DNA of 64,000 bases from a virus (Duplodnaviria > Caudoviricetes), in IMG/VR virus record IMGVR_UViG_3300015606_001334, positions 160,001 to 224,000 of that record; one strand, written 5' to 3'. The notes below the pieces were generated by a model. The model saw nothing but the letters and a program-made list of their open reading frames with translations, was not told where the DNA came from and made no database searches. Positions 26,307-36,717 of the stretch are shown here, piece by piece. A program made the translations under genes and the position numbers. The first letter of the stretch is position 1. Every line of letters begins with the position of its first letter.

Positions 26307-26348
26307 CAAAAGCTCCTTAATCAACTAAGTGGTATTATATCACATTTC

Positions 26349-26957
26349 TCAGAATTTGATACCGCTAAGTTCAATTAATTCACCTCTTGATCCTATTCGA
26401 GCGGACACTGCAAAAATTTCTTTTACCGTCCGTTCAAGTTTTTGCAGCTCAGAGACGATAGACTCAACTGCTGAAGGATCATTAATGAGCGTATCAATTG
26501 AGTTCTTGTAGTTTTGCGACTCGAATTGGATAATGGACTTGTTCTTTTGCTTACCTTCAATATCGATCAAATGCGCGATGATACTGATTTTTGGAGGAAG
26601 AAATCCAGGACCATAAGGCTTGTCCGCTTTTTCTTTAGGTGGGGTAACTTGAAGATTTTTCGCTTCAGTTAGTTGTTGTTCACTGATTGATTTGACGAGG
26701 TTTGCGTAGAAGTTAATCGGAAGAACCGTGATTAGAGTTCCGAACACCACATCGCGAATGACAACGAAATGTTCCTTTTTATCGATATCGTAAAATAGGC
26801 AATGCTCTCGATTTAGAGCCGATTCTTTACCAACTACTACGTATCGCTTCTTTTCAAGGATCTTAGAAAGAGCGGCTGTGCTTAGCAATGTCCTCTCTTT
26901 AAGGCGTTGCTTTGCGTGATCTGAGAAATATTCGAAACTTTGGAAGCTCATGATCAA
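26349..26957 (-). CDS. hypothetical protein
   Basis: 202-aa ORF; FSDHAKQRLKER motif reminiscent of RelE/BECR-like folds (weak). Confidence 0.6.
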   Translation of the reverse strand: MIMSFQSFEYFSDHAKQRLKERTLLSTAALSKILEKKRYVVVGKESALNREHCLFYDIDKKEHFVVIRDVVFGTLITVLPINFYANLVKSISEQQLTEAKNLQVTPPKEKADKPYGPGFLPPKISIIAHLIDIEGKQKNKSIIQFESQNYKNSIDTLINDPSAVESIVSELQKLERTVKEIFAVSARIGSRGELIELSGIKF

Positions 26958-27496
26958 TAGGAAATATTTACGAAGCTTTCGTCAGCCCAGTTGAGAATGA
27001 ATTGCTCAATGAAGTTTTCCACACATTCAGGGCCATCGCACATTTGGGTCATTGACTTTACCGTCGCTTTATCCCACACCATTTGATTTTCGTCAAATGT
27101 TTGGAAGAAGATAGGCTTCATGCAATTGCGCTGGTAACCTTCACACTTTGCGTTTATGTGAGGATCATTTTGAACCATGGTTTCGCACTGATCTACATGG
27201 ATCGCAAACTTATTGGGATCATCCCAAGGATTCTCATGACCACTTGAACAAAAGTGGAAGACCCCTTCGGATGTTTCCATGAATTGGTCATACTTTTCAT
27301 GAAACTCGTCAAATGACATCTGCATTAGCTTCTGAAAGGTTGCTGGCCAATCGATGTACTCGACCTCTCGATAGAAGATAAAGTCCTTGAATTTCTCTTT
27401 GAACTCTTCAGGAGCATCAACGAGATTAAATTCATGGATACTGGGACCAGTCTTGCCTTCCCGTATTACCTTGAAATGAGAAAGATCGAGTCCCAT
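26954..27496 (-). CDS. hypothetical protein
   Basis: 180-aa ORF starting MGLD. Confidence 0.65.
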   Translation of the reverse strand: MGLDLSHFKVIREGKTGPSIHEFNLVDAPEEFKEKFKDFIFYREVEYIDWPATFQKLMQMSFDEFHEKYDQFMETSEGVFHFCSSGHENPWDDPNKFAIHVDQCETMVQNDPHINAKCEGYQRNCMKPIFFQTFDENQMVWDKATVKSMTQMCDGPECVENFIEQFILNWADESFVNISY

Positions 27497-27497
27497 T

Positions 27498-27905
27498 TTA
27501 AGTCTCCAGTTTGCCGCCTACAGCTTCAAGGAACTTAGGCAGCTCCTTAATGAAATTGCTGAAAGCCTCATCTCCATCTGCGTATGTCGGCCAATCAGGG
27601 CAACCGATTTTGCGAAGAAGCTGCAAGACCAGGATTTCGCGTTGGCACGTATCGCTGATACCATTGGTCGCATTTTCGGCGGCCAGGTCCAAATCGTTCT
27701 GGAAAAGCTCGATCAGCAATTGATCCGGTACGGTGATGCTGTAGTAGTCAGACAAAACGTCCTTTGCCGGCTTGAGGTCCTCACTAGTCCAGCAAGAAAC
27801 CAAAGTTTTGAGAACCAGTTGCTCAGCCATTGAAAGGTTGTTGGCAGTCAATTCCCATCCAGAGGCCTTTTGGGCCGCAAAGTATTCTTCGAAATTCGTG
27901 ATCAT
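27498..27905 (-). CDS. hypothetical protein
   Basis: 135-aa ORF, coupled. Confidence 0.6.
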   Translation of the reverse strand: MITNFEEYFAAQKASGWELTANNLSMAEQLVLKTLVSCWTSEDLKPAKDVLSDYYSITVPDQLLIELFQNDLDLAAENATNGISDTCQREILVLQLLRKIGCPDWPTYADGDEAFSNFIKELPKFLEAVGGKLET

Positions 27906-28171
27906 CGTTGCACCGTAAACCGACGAACCGTTATGACCAAGAGGTCGAGCAGTTCCATGTCGGAGAATTTTTGTTCGTTGAAGAGAATGGCGTGAGGAAG
28001 GCTCAATTCTTGAATGGCCTTCTTGCCAGCCTTGGTCTTTGGGTCAGGTCCGATTTTGTTCAAGACAAATTCATACACCGGCATCCAACGACCTTTGTCA
28101 TTTCCGGGATCGCCATAAGTCGTGAGGACTTCGCGAATTTTCTCGACGGTTTGAGCTCGCATGTTCATCAA
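27902..28171 (-). CDS. hypothetical protein
   Basis: 89-aa ORF behind AAGGAG RBS and early promoter. Confidence 0.6.
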   Translation of the reverse strand: MMNMRAQTVEKIREVLTTYGDPGNDKGRWMPVYEFVLNKIGPDPKTKAGKKAIQELSLPHAILFNEQKFSDMELLDLLVITVRRFTVQR

Positions 28172-28196
28172 TTACTCCTTGGCATCATATGAGTCT

Positions 28197-28226
28197 ATTC
28201 TAAACCAAAATTTGGCTAAAGTAAAC
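28197..28226 (-). promoter_or_regulatory. early-type promoter GTTTAC-N18-TAGAAT
   Basis: Recurrent motif. Confidence 0.7.
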
Positions 28227-28228
28227 GT

Positions 28229-28543
28229 TTAAATCGTGATTGAATCTTTCCATGAGATGGTAAAGTACCAACCATCAGAAAGTTGTTGGAATCGGCAATC
28301 ATATCGCAGCCGCAGCATGTCATTGCGGAATACTCTGAACGCCATTGGATGATTGCCGATCAGGTTGATGTCTTCTGCCCTGAAAGGACCGAACATCTCC
28401 GAAAGCTGAGACATGCTGAGATTAATCTCAGTTTTTCGATTATCGGCCGCTTGAGCAATCATGTCGGTGATATCGATTTTCTTTACTTGCTCACGAATTG
28501 CATTCAACGTACGTTGACCGGCATCAGCTGCTGACATCATCAT
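28229..28543 (-). CDS. hypothetical protein
   Basis: Start set at MMMSAA, overlapping upstream stop. Confidence 0.55.
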   Translation of the reverse strand: MMMSAADAGQRTLNAIREQVKKIDITDMIAQAADNRKTEINLSMSQLSEMFGPFRAEDINLIGNHPMAFRVFRNDMLRLRYDCRFQQLSDGWYFTISWKDSITI

Positions 28544-29574
28544 TGTTCCTTCTGAAAAGCTTCGAAAAGAGGAGTAACGAACTTCTTCATTCCTTCTTGG
28601 CCTGCGGCCAGCACCATGGAATCCCATGCTTCCTTACCCATGACCAGCATTTGGGTTTCACGAAGATGCTTCATGAAGTTTCCAAGCTCTTGGTTTTCAA
28701 GGCCAGTCCATTCACGAACCAGATTTCCGTTAAAGGTAGCCTTCACTTGCTTCCAAGTCTCAAAGTCTGCCATTGTCTTGTCATAGACCGGACCAAATTC
28801 AGCAAAGAATTCGCGAGCTCGTTTGACAAACTCTTCCTTGTACTTAGGACCGCCTTGTTCCTTCATGCTCGCCCACGGGTAGGCAGGAAGTCCTTCAGCA
28901 GTCTCTATCCATTGAAGGAAAGAGTTGTAGGACTTGCGCTTACGATCGCGAGTACGAGAGGTGTGGTTGCGATTCTCCAAGGAGTAGATTTCTTTGTTGA
29001 AGAACGGAGTCGACGCGGCAAACTCAAACATCTCTTGAAGGGTATCGAACCCCTTGAGCAGACGTTCGTAGTCGTAACCAAGGAACTTGGTCATTTGCTT
29101 GACGTCACGAGTTACCACAACTTCGGCAAACTGATAGTCACCATCACGGAAAACCATCTTGAGTCCGTCATGACCGTACTTGAAGCCCATTTTGTGAGCA
29201 ACTCGGCCCATGAGGTTACCAAGGTCGTTCCATGCAAAGTAGTTCACTGAAGTTTCGTACTCTTCGGTTGGAGTGAAGATCAAATCCACTTGGAAACCTT
29301 CGCATTCGAATGACGTAACATCGCCATTCTTGAAGACTTGTTTGGAGTCAAAGACGTTCTTCACGTACTCAGCCATATTCTGCTTAAGGCCAGTCGATTC
29401 AAACAGGACATCCATGTCACCGAAAGAATCCTTCTCGCGATAAGCACGAACTGCTTCAACACGATGACCAGGGAAATCCTTGCGGAGCTGCCCAACAACC
29501 TTTGCTTCCAAAGCAAAGTACTCGTCTTTCATCAGTCGGCGAGTTTCGACTTCTTTAAGAGCATTACCGCCCAT
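28540..29574 (-). CDS. pol beta-superfamily nucleotidyltransferase-like protein
   Basis: MGGNAL start with GGAG RBS, KDSFGDMDVL, FQVDLIF, NDLGNLMGR. Confidence 0.7.
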   Translation of the reverse strand: MGGNALKEVETRRLMKDEYFALEAKVVGQLRKDFPGHRVEAVRAYREKDSFGDMDVLFESTGLKQNMAEYVKNVFDSKQVFKNGDVTSFECEGFQVDLIFTPTEEYETSVNYFAWNDLGNLMGRVAHKMGFKYGHDGLKMVFRDGDYQFAEVVVTRDVKQMTKFLGYDYERLLKGFDTLQEMFEFAASTPFFNKEIYSLENRNHTSRTRDRKRKSYNSFLQWIETAEGLPAYPWASMKEQGGPKYKEEFVKRAREFFAEFGPVYDKTMADFETWKQVKATFNGNLVREWTGLENQELGNFMKHLRETQMLVMGKEAWDSMVLAAGQEGMKKFVTPLFEAFQKEQ

Positions 29575-29575
29575 G

Positions 29576-29761
29576 TTAATCTCCCATCTCGCAGAGGTCT
29601 GCGTAATTGGTGTAACCATCGATCACGATACCCGAAAGAGTTTGAAGCATGTCACATGCATGATAGACAGACCATGCTTCAAATTCAAACACTCGGGAAA
29701 TTTGCTTTTTGGTATGCTTTTCAGCAACACATCCAAGAAACTTAATCATCATGATCTCCAA
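29576..29761 (-). CDS. hypothetical protein
   Basis: Short ORF behind early promoter. Confidence 0.5.
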   Translation of the reverse strand: MEIMMIKFLGCVAEKHTKKQISRVFEFEAWSVYHACDMLQTLSGIVIDGYTNYADLCEMGD

Positions 29762-29772
29762 AATTTAGAGAT

Positions 29773-29802
29773 ATTCTAAACCAAAATTTTCAGTTTGTAA
29801 AC
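29773..29802 (-). promoter_or_regulatory. early-type promoter GTTTAC-N18-TAGAAT
   Basis: Recurrent motif. Confidence 0.7.
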
Positions 29803-30389
29803 TACTTTAGTGCGCTTACTGCGGAACTGAGGATTGAAAGCGTTTTCTGCAGGAGTTCCTTCTGCTCAGCGGTACAGTAAGCGTTGTCAGAACGAACCAG
29901 CTTCGGAAGATCTGCGATCAGTTCAGCGTATTCTTCTTTCGATAGTTTTCCATCAGCTATCGACTTGTTGTAGACATCGAAACGCTGAAGAGCATCAGAT
30001 TCACAGAGCTCGATGTGCATTGAGCTTAGTGTTTTAGCTAGAGCACGAGACGTTGACTGAACTTCAGAGAGCTTATGGATGCAGTACGTTTCAGAGTACT
30101 TGCTTTCATTCTTCATGAAGTCCATAACTAATTGGCGAAGATTGGTGACGCCAACCAAAACTTGTTCGTTTTCAGCATGATGCTTCTCATACTCAAACAA
30201 GTACATCGTTTGAGTGTTCAGCTCTTTGATGTACTCTTGGTACGTTGGAGTTTTGTTTCCACATTGGTGGATTGCCCTTGTTGCCAACACTGAAGAGCTG
30301 ATGGCAAAATTGTATTCGACTGGGTCAAATGGCCGAGTGGCGCAGGCGCTAAGCAGTAGGACTGCGACAATAGCAAATAGCTTTTTCAT
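29802..30389 (-). CDS. putative lipoprotein
   Basis: MKKLFAIVAVLLLSAC lipobox. Confidence 0.75.
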   Translation of the reverse strand: MKKLFAIVAVLLLSACATRPFDPVEYNFAISSSVLATRAIHQCGNKTPTYQEYIKELNTQTMYLFEYEKHHAENEQVLVGVTNLRQLVMDFMKNESKYSETYCIHKLSEVQSTSRALAKTLSSMHIELCESDALQRFDVYNKSIADGKLSKEEYAELIADLPKLVRSDNAYCTAEQKELLQKTLSILSSAVSALK

Positions 30390-30784
30390 TTCTTTATCCT
30401 GTAAAAAATCACGGCATTGTAGCTTCCATTACCAGTCGGTGCAATGCCAATGTACTCAACAATCCCTTTACCAAATTCATTGTCAAGGTATTCTTGTGCA
30501 GTAACAGACTTGACAATTTGTGAGAATTTGTAATGACCGTCCCATGCTGATCCTTTTCCGTAAGGACCACAACCATATCCTTTTGGACCGTCATCAATCT
30601 CGTTGACATGATAACCTTCAGGGCAGAACTTAAAGACGGGTCCCTTGTTAGATTTGTCAATGTTTGCGTAAACAAAGCCATCATTGCCAGTTGAAGGGTA
30701 AATCGCAGGAACTGGAGGTGCAGGAGCTGCGAAAGCTCCGACCGCCCAAAGAGCCATCATTGTTGAGGACATAATGCGTGTCAT
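30386..30784 (-). CDS. putative secreted protein
   Basis: Signal peptide ending AFA. Confidence 0.6.
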   Translation of the reverse strand: MTRIMSSTMMALWAVGAFAAPAPPVPAIYPSTGNDGFVYANIDKSNKGPVFKFCPEGYHVNEIDDGPKGYGCGPYGKGSAWDGHYKFSQIVKSVTAQEYLDNEFGKGIVEYIGIAPTGNGSYNAVIFYRIKK

Positions 30785-31005
30785 TTCTTGTCCAATTCAT
30801 AGGCCAAAGCAGAAAGACGACGGAGTTCATCAACGAATTCCGGTTCACGCTTGCCAATTTGCATCTTGAAACCTGGTGAATGTTCTTTGATGAAGGCAAT
30901 GAAATCTTCATACGGAGCGATGTCAAATTCGAAGGCACCGTTATCGGCTGCTTCTTCAAAAAGTTGACCAATCTCGTCGAAGGTTGCCTTGTACTTGTGA
31001 GCCAT
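30781..31005 (-). CDS. hypothetical protein
   Basis: Start set at MAHKYK behind AAGGAG. Confidence 0.6.
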   Translation of the reverse strand: MAHKYKATFDEIGQLFEEAADNGAFEFDIAPYEDFIAFIKEHSPGFKMQIGKREPEFVDELRRLSALAYELDKK

Positions 31006-31061
31006 TGTTTTCTCCTTGGTTGATACTAAAATTATATCATGAACTTCAGAAAAAGAAAACA

Positions 31062-31089
31062 AAAAAGGGAAGAAAATTCTTCCCTTTTT
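31062..31089 (-). terminator. intrinsic terminator-like hairpin
   Basis: AAAAAGGGAAGAAAATTCTTCCCTTTTT inverted repeat. Confidence 0.65.
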
Positions 31090-31143
31090 AGATTCCCACT
31101 CTTTTTATTATTGTTATCGTGGCTTGGGCGCCATGGGCAACGC

Positions 31144-31425
31144 TTATTTTGCTACGGTTTTTGCAGCGCGCTTACGAGGACGGAACGGCTCGGAAATAGA
31201 AACCACACCAGCTTTCGGATCGACCTTGAGCTCGACCAGAGTTTCAGCAGGGCGGAGAGGAATTTCAAAGCGGTTGCTAAACCACTTGGCCAGGAGCGGA
31301 TCAGATACATGAGACGGCTTGTTTTCAGCAGCATTAAAGCCAGCAAAAAATTGACCATCAGCCCCGCGGACAGCGTATAGCGAATGCGTGAACTTCTCTT
31401 CTTTGGTTTGGATTTCTTGGTTCAT
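31144..31425 (-). CDS. hypothetical protein
   Basis: 93-aa ORF. Confidence 0.6.
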   Translation of the reverse strand: MNQEIQTKEEKFTHSLYAVRGADGQFFAGFNAAENKPSHVSDPLLAKWFSNRFEIPLRPAETLVELKVDPKAGVVSISEPFRPRKRAAKTVAK

Positions 31426-31457
31426 CTTTGGTTTCCCTATTAGTAAGTTACATCAAA

Positions 31458-31910
31458 TCAAGCAAATGTCATTTCCCTCAATTTGAGGAATAAAAGAATG
31501 GCAAATGCCCGTGCTTTAGCTTCTGATTCCATCTCTGGAGACGAAAACATACAGCTAGTTTCATTGAACCCAGAAATCCATCCTGACAAATTTGCATCCG
31601 TGCAGGTCGGGGAAAAGATAACTGGATTCACATTCAACATCCTCTCAATTTTCGAAAGAATGTTTAAATCTTCTAAAGCGTTATCAAGTGAGACTTCTCT
31701 ACGATTAAAATCGTGAACTACTTCGTCTGGAAGAGCATTCTTGAAGTATTTGAGGAAATCTCGATCGGTCTTCCCAATAACTTCCTTGATAACCGCTTGG
31801 GCTACATTGACAAATCGGAGCTTCGAGTTGATGTTACTACCATCAACTGTGGAATCGTTTTCTCTAAGCGCTTTCATCAATGTTATGTCTATAATTTTTC
31901 GATCTGGCAT
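31458..31910 (-). CDS. hypothetical protein
   Basis: 150-aa ORF; ATAAATA box at 31941-31947. Confidence 0.6.
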   Translation of the reverse strand: MPDRKIIDITLMKALRENDSTVDGSNINSKLRFVNVAQAVIKEVIGKTDRDFLKYFKNALPDEVVHDFNRREVSLDNALEDLNILSKIERMLNVNPVIFSPTCTDANLSGWISGFNETSCMFSSPEMESEAKARAFAILLFLKLREMTFA

Positions 31911-31991
31911 ATTCTTTAAAGTGTGAATGTCTAAAAAGAATATTTATTTTGCGTTTGCTATAAATGAATTATATCACAGTTTGTTAATTTG

Positions 31992-32222
31992 TTAACATTC
32001 TTGTAACTGTTTTTTCATTTGTAACCTATTGAACGCACGGCGCAGAGCATAAGTTCTAACAATTGAAACAATTGTAAAAAACACGGAAGCTTTCAGATTT
32101 GCCTCAAGGGGAAGGTCGACTCCCAATAATGGGAAAATAAACGCTGACGAGGCTACTGAAACAACCCACCCAATAAAGATGTTAGACGCAGATTCAAGTA
32201 TGCTGTGCTTCTTCGACTGCAT
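31992..32222 (-). CDS. small two-TM membrane protein
   Basis: MQSKKHSILES...FTIVSIVRTYALRRAFN. Confidence 0.7.
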   Translation of the reverse strand: MQSKKHSILESASNIFIGWVVSVASSAFIFPLLGVDLPLEANLKASVFFTIVSIVRTYALRRAFNRLQMKKQLQEC

Positions 32223-32448
32223 CTTCTTCTTTTTCTTCTTCTGTTACGATTTCGACGTATTGTCCATTGAGCTGGAGAACACGGTTGGTCGCCTGTTGTT
32301 GGAGCTTATTGGTCAAGTAGTGGTAGAAAATGGCGACCTCCTGGTCATTCTTGCACCTCTCAAGGGCATTATACATGACCATTTGGATTTTTGCTACATC
32401 AGCGCGGTGATTGACACCAAGTTGTTCTTGAAGTTTTTGACTATCCAT
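32194..32448 (-). CDS. hypothetical protein
   Basis: 84-aa ORF. Confidence 0.55.
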   Translation of the reverse strand: MDSQKLQEQLGVNHRADVAKIQMVMYNALERCKNDQEVAIFYHYLTNKLQQQATNRVLQLNGQYVEIVTEEEKEEDAVEEAQHT

Positions 32449-32449
32449 C

Positions 32450-32794
32450 TCAATCTTCCTTTTGATTTTCTACGGCTCGAGCATATTGTTCAGCAAGTTC
32501 GGCCAACCGACGATATTGAGCAGTTGGCAGGCATTGAGGTGATGAAGAATGACGACGACCTTTGATCACATCTTGAAGGAACTTAATAGCTTCTTCGGCG
32601 ATTTCAGCAGGTGGCGGAGTAAGTCGATCAATAGTATCAACAGTGCCAACAACATAGTTGACGCACCCAACACCAGACTTTGCTAGCTCTTCAGCCTTTT
32701 CGAGGTCAGGACCAACTACTATCGTTTCTACCGCGTTCGTATTTTTGTCTACCCGTATTACAAAATACGGAGGAATATTGATCATGTTTTTCAT
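32450..32794 (-). CDS. hypothetical protein
   Basis: 114-aa ORF coupled to ligA stop. Confidence 0.55.
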   Translation of the reverse strand: MKNMINIPPYFVIRVDKNTNAVETIVVGPDLEKAEELAKSGVGCVNYVVGTVDTIDRLTPPPAEIAEEAIKFLQDVIKGRRHSSSPQCLPTAQYRRLAELAEQYARAVENQKED

Positions 32795-34839
32795 TTGATG
32801 AGTTCTTTCAATTCGTCTGCAGTGATAACCTTGGTACCTTGCTTCTTTGCCTTTTCGAGCTTGTTGGAACCTTCAGCGATCGAATCGGGACCGGCAACCA
32901 AGTACGTAAGACCCTTGCCCATTGAAGCGATCGTGCCACCAGCATCCACAATCATTTTTTCGACTATCGCCTTCTTGACCTTTTGACCATCCAACTCAGG
33001 AGAGCCAGTCAAGCAGAACGACATTCCAGTCAGAGGACCTTGAATTTGGACAGGCTTGACATCAACCGTCATGCCAATGCCTTCAGCGATCAGAGATTCG
33101 ACGATGTTTCGCATTTCATCGCGATTGAAACCTGCGATAATGTTGGTAGCAACTACATCACCAACCTTATCCAGTTCACAGAGCTGATCGTAATTGATGT
33201 GGGTGAACACTTCGAATAGAGTCGACCATTTCGAGGCGACTTGCTTGGAGGTCGTGTTGCCAAGGCCGCGAATCATGAGACCTGCTAGAACTCGCCATAG
33301 CGGTTGGTTACGAGATCCTTGGATGTTCTTGACAATCTTGGTTGCTGAGCTTTCACCAAGCCGTTCCAAGTTCATGAGTTGATCAACAGTCAGCTTGTAG
33401 AGGTCTTGAGGACCTTTCACCAAACCATCTTCAACGATTTTGAGAAGGGTGGTCTCGCCGATGTCATCGATTTCCATGGAACCGATGAAGCGAAGAATCC
33501 GATTGAACGATTTACCATCGCAATCATCGTTGAGACATTGGAAGATTTCACCCTTGAAACCGGTTTCGCCACCACAGCAAGGACATTTTGCAGGAGGTTG
33601 CGGGAATTCTTCAGTTTGGGAATCACAAGGCGGAACTTCAACGACCTTGGGAATCACTAGGCCAGCACGTTTGACGATTGCCAGCTTGGAACCCTTCTTC
33701 CAACCAATTCGCTTCAGCTCAGCGATGTTGTGAAGGGTAGAATGTCGGATGGAGACTCCGAGGATTTCCATCGAACGAGGATTTTCGTAGAAGTGTGCAC
33801 GAGGAGTGATAACGCCCGTCGAACCGAAGCACCATTCGATACCGTCTTCGTAGACAGAATCGTCAATCTTGAATTCGATTTCGACATCCTTGAACTTGAA
33901 TGCGAAGGCGTATTCAGGAGTGTTGGACTTGATGCCAAGCTTTTCGCGAACATCATACTCATTGACCATTGCGACGAGGCCGTCGACTTCGTAGCCGAGT
34001 TGGAATCGTTCACCATCACGAGCATTAAAATATGCGGTTAGATGTTCGACGGTAATGTCAGTCGGAAGTTTCGAATAACCGACAACATCGAAACCTTGTT
34101 CTTTCAGCCACAAAAGCTTTTGTTCATGAGTTTCGAACTCATGATCTTGACTGAGAACGTCGTAAGCGATCATGCTCAAATGTAAGTCGCGAATCTTTTC
34201 AGCGTCCTTGGTTTGAGAAACCCCTGCTGCGGCATTACGAGCATTTTGGTAGGGTTCGAGACCCTTGGCTTCACGTTCTTGGTTGATGCGATTGAAGTCT
34301 GCTTCACGAATGACCATCTCACCACGAACTTCATAACGATGATCGGTAATCGCAGGCTGGTAGATTCCTTTACGATGAAGAGTCTTTGGCAGATTTTCGA
34401 TTTGGTAGCCAGTAACGGTCAAATCCTTGCCATATTCGCCGGTGTGACGAGTCAGAACTTGAGAAAGAACGCCATCACGATAACGGTAAGCAGAAGAACT
34501 ACCATCAATCTTCCACATGAGGATGAAGTGCTTTGCACCAGCAGCCTTCCACTTTTGAACTTCCTTGAAGAACAGATTGATGTCGTTCGACTTCGCGAGG
34601 GACATCATGGGGAAATCATGCTTGATGTCACCAAAGGTATTTTCCAAACGGGAGAAGCTGGTTGCAGTAAACTCCGCCCAAAACTCCTTCTTCAGGGATT
34701 CATTGGCTTCAAGAGCTTCGCGAATCTCGTCCTTCAGCGAATCGTAGGTCGCATCAGAAATCAGACGACGGCCTGCGTAGTAGGCATCATCCCAAATGCG
34801 CTTCAAATCAAGTTTTTGGCGAATCGTATTTGCATCCAT
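32791..34839 (-). CDS. ligA: NAD-dependent DNA ligase
   Basis: ISDATYD, PMMSL, KIDG adenylation motif, EVRGE, NARNAAAG, VDGLV, Zn finger CPCC...C...C, HhH repeats, BRCT. Confidence 0.95.
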   Translation of the reverse strand: MDANTIRQKLDLKRIWDDAYYAGRRLISDATYDSLKDEIREALEANESLKKEFWAEFTATSFSRLENTFGDIKHDFPMMSLAKSNDINLFFKEVQKWKAAGAKHFILMWKIDGSSSAYRYRDGVLSQVLTRHTGEYGKDLTVTGYQIENLPKTLHRKGIYQPAITDHRYEVRGEMVIREADFNRINQEREAKGLEPYQNARNAAAGVSQTKDAEKIRDLHLSMIAYDVLSQDHEFETHEQKLLWLKEQGFDVVGYSKLPTDITVEHLTAYFNARDGERFQLGYEVDGLVAMVNEYDVREKLGIKSNTPEYAFAFKFKDVEIEFKIDDSVYEDGIEWCFGSTGVITPRAHFYENPRSMEILGVSIRHSTLHNIAELKRIGWKKGSKLAIVKRAGLVIPKVVEVPPCDSQTEEFPQPPAKCPCCGGETGFKGEIFQCLNDDCDGKSFNRILRFIGSMEIDDIGETTLLKIVEDGLVKGPQDLYKLTVDQLMNLERLGESSATKIVKNIQGSRNQPLWRVLAGLMIRGLGNTTSKQVASKWSTLFEVFTHINYDQLCELDKVGDVVATNIIAGFNRDEMRNIVESLIAEGIGMTVDVKPVQIQGPLTGMSFCLTGSPELDGQKVKKAIVEKMIVDAGGTIASMGKGLTYLVAGPDSIAEGSNKLEKAKKQGTKVITADELKELIK

Positions 34840-34876
34840 GTTTAATCTCCGTCAATAAGAGAATTATATCTCAATC

Positions 34877-35284
34877 TTACCTAATTGTAAACTTTTTCAT
34901 TGCTTCTTCAAATTCGCGTTTTTTGACACCAAACATCCAGTCTTGATGTCCTTCAAAATCGTACTTACCATCTTTGATGAACTTCGTAGCAGTTTCGTCA
35001 CCAACTGGCGGATGGTTGTGAACCCATTCAAGCCATTCTTCTTTGGTGAATCGTCCGCCTAAACGCCCAGAGCAATTTGCAGCTCCCATACAGGCGCAAC
35101 CAAATCCTTGTGGTTCGCACCAGCGATATTGCCATTCTGAAGGAATACGCGCCATTGCTTCATCGATCGTTTCCTTTTCAGGAAGAACTGCAGACGAAAG
35201 TGCCATCTGCTTGTAGTAATCTTCGCGATAGTTACGATAATCGCGATACGAGTCTAATTGGTCTGTCATAGTTCGATAATCCAT
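34877..35284 (-). CDS. hypothetical protein (Cys cluster WC...CACMGAANC)
   Basis: 135-aa ORF. Confidence 0.6.
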   Translation of the reverse strand: MDYRTMTDQLDSYRDYRNYREDYYKQMALSSAVLPEKETIDEAMARIPSEWQYRWCEPQGFGCACMGAANCSGRLGGRFTKEEWLEWVHNHPPVGDETATKFIKDGKYDFEGHQDWMFGVKKREFEEAMKKFTIR

Positions 35285-36075
35285 TTGTCGTTAAATTTTT
35301 CGTTCATTTTGTCACCAAAGTATCCACGTGGATTGCAAATGATACGAGTGTTGTAGATCGGATAGTCGTGAGTCGTGTGAATGTGTCCATGCTGCCAAAG
35401 CAGGAAGTTGGAATAAGCGATCTCATTTCCAAATTCTGTTGCATACAGATAGTTGATTGGCCCTTGGCCATACCGAGAAAAGTCGATCGACTTCCAGCAT
35501 GGCGCATGATGCGAAAGGACAACCATCTTCTCGTCATTTTGTGCAAAGCTGAAGATGAAATCGCGATGTCTGATGTGCTCAGCAAGCAGATCACGAGGCT
35601 TTACTCGACGTTCGTAGTTGTTCTTCCGCATGAAGAAGTAATCATTCATCTCGCGTTCGGCCATGTTCAAGACGAGTGAGTCACCTTTGTTGAAGTCTGT
35701 CCAAAGGGTCGCACCAATGAAGCGAACGTCATCGATTACGACAGAATTGCAATCAAGCAAATGAACGTTCGTGACGCCAGCCATAGCCAACGTCTTCTTG
35801 ATCTGCTCTGGGTGGGACTGAAGGTCCCGCTTCCAATAGTCATGGTTACCAAGGACACAGACAACTGCCTTAAACCTCTTTGACATTTCAATGAGGAACT
35901 TGGCCGTATACTTCTGAGTGTCCATATCCCCCGCAATCCCGAGAACCGTGTCCTTATCGGTATCGAGATGAGAAGGCGTGTAAATGTCCCAAAGCTCTGG
36001 TTTCTTCTTCATCCATCTTTGGAAGTACCACCGGTCAAATTCCCGGTGAATGTCGCTAATTGGTCTGTAAAGCAT
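35266..36075 (-). CDS. calcineurin-like metallophosphoesterase
   Basis: SDIH, AGD, GNHD, GATLWTD, HHAP, HGHIH, NPRGY. Confidence 0.9.
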   Translation of the reverse strand: MLYRPISDIHREFDRWYFQRWMKKKPELWDIYTPSHLDTDKDTVLGIAGDMDTQKYTAKFLIEMSKRFKAVVCVLGNHDYWKRDLQSHPEQIKKTLAMAGVTNVHLLDCNSVVIDDVRFIGATLWTDFNKGDSLVLNMAEREMNDYFFMRKNNYERRVKPRDLLAEHIRHRDFIFSFAQNDEKMVVLSHHAPCWKSIDFSRYGQGPINYLYATEFGNEIAYSNFLLWQHGHIHTTHDYPIYNTRIICNPRGYFGDKMNEKFNDKWIIEL

Positions 36076-36623
36076 TAAGCAGCTTTCTTCATAACGTTGG
36101 CGCCCTTACCGATGAAGCGAAGGTCGACGTTGCAGTGGATGCAGTGATATTGAGCTTTACCGCGCAGCATCTTATTGTGCTTCACTGTGGAAACCTTGTG
36201 CTCACGGCAGTCGCATACGTAAACCCAGTCACGTTCGATGACACGAGACTTTTTAACACCTTCTTTGTAGCTATGACAGCGGCTCGGTTCAAGACCAAAA
36301 ACCTTGATCATGATGTTCTGCCAATACTTACCGTGGCCATGACCATCGCGACCGTAAAGGGCATAAGACACCAGGTGAGCAACTTCATGCGGGACAGTCC
36401 GTGCCAAATAGACGTCTTTGTTCGGCGTGTAGATGCTAACATTCCAGCGGAGGATACCAATGTACTTCGCCTGGGCAGAGGTAGTTCCACGAAGATCGTA
36501 TTGATGAACAGGACGATCAAACTTACGGCCAAAGAAAGCTTCAGCCTTCTTGTAAGCCTTTTCAGTTGCTTCTTCAATTTCTTGGATGTAGCTGATTTGC
36601 GGTTTCATCTTTAAGTCCTCCAT
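36075..36623 (-). CDS. SprT-like zinc metalloprotease
   Basis: HEVAH, HGKYWQ, C-terminal CDC...CIHC Zn ribbon. Confidence 0.88.
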   Translation of the reverse strand: MEDLKMKPQISYIQEIEEATEKAYKKAEAFFGRKFDRPVHQYDLRGTTSAQAKYIGILRWNVSIYTPNKDVYLARTVPHEVAHLVSYALYGRDGHGHGKYWQNIMIKVFGLEPSRCHSYKEGVKKSRVIERDWVYVCDCREHKVSTVKHNKMLRGKAQYHCIHCNVDLRFIGKGANVMKKAA

Positions 36624-36634
36624 CGATTAAGTGC

Positions 36635-36664
36635 ATTATAACAAATTTCGGTTTCGGTGTAAAC
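36635..36664 (-). promoter_or_regulatory. early-type promoter GTTTAC-N18-TATAAT
   Basis: Recurrent motif. Confidence 0.75.
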
Positions 36665-36717
36665 GTCTAAATTTCAATGGATAAATAGATCGATCAACCA
36701 TTTCCTGTTGGAGTAAC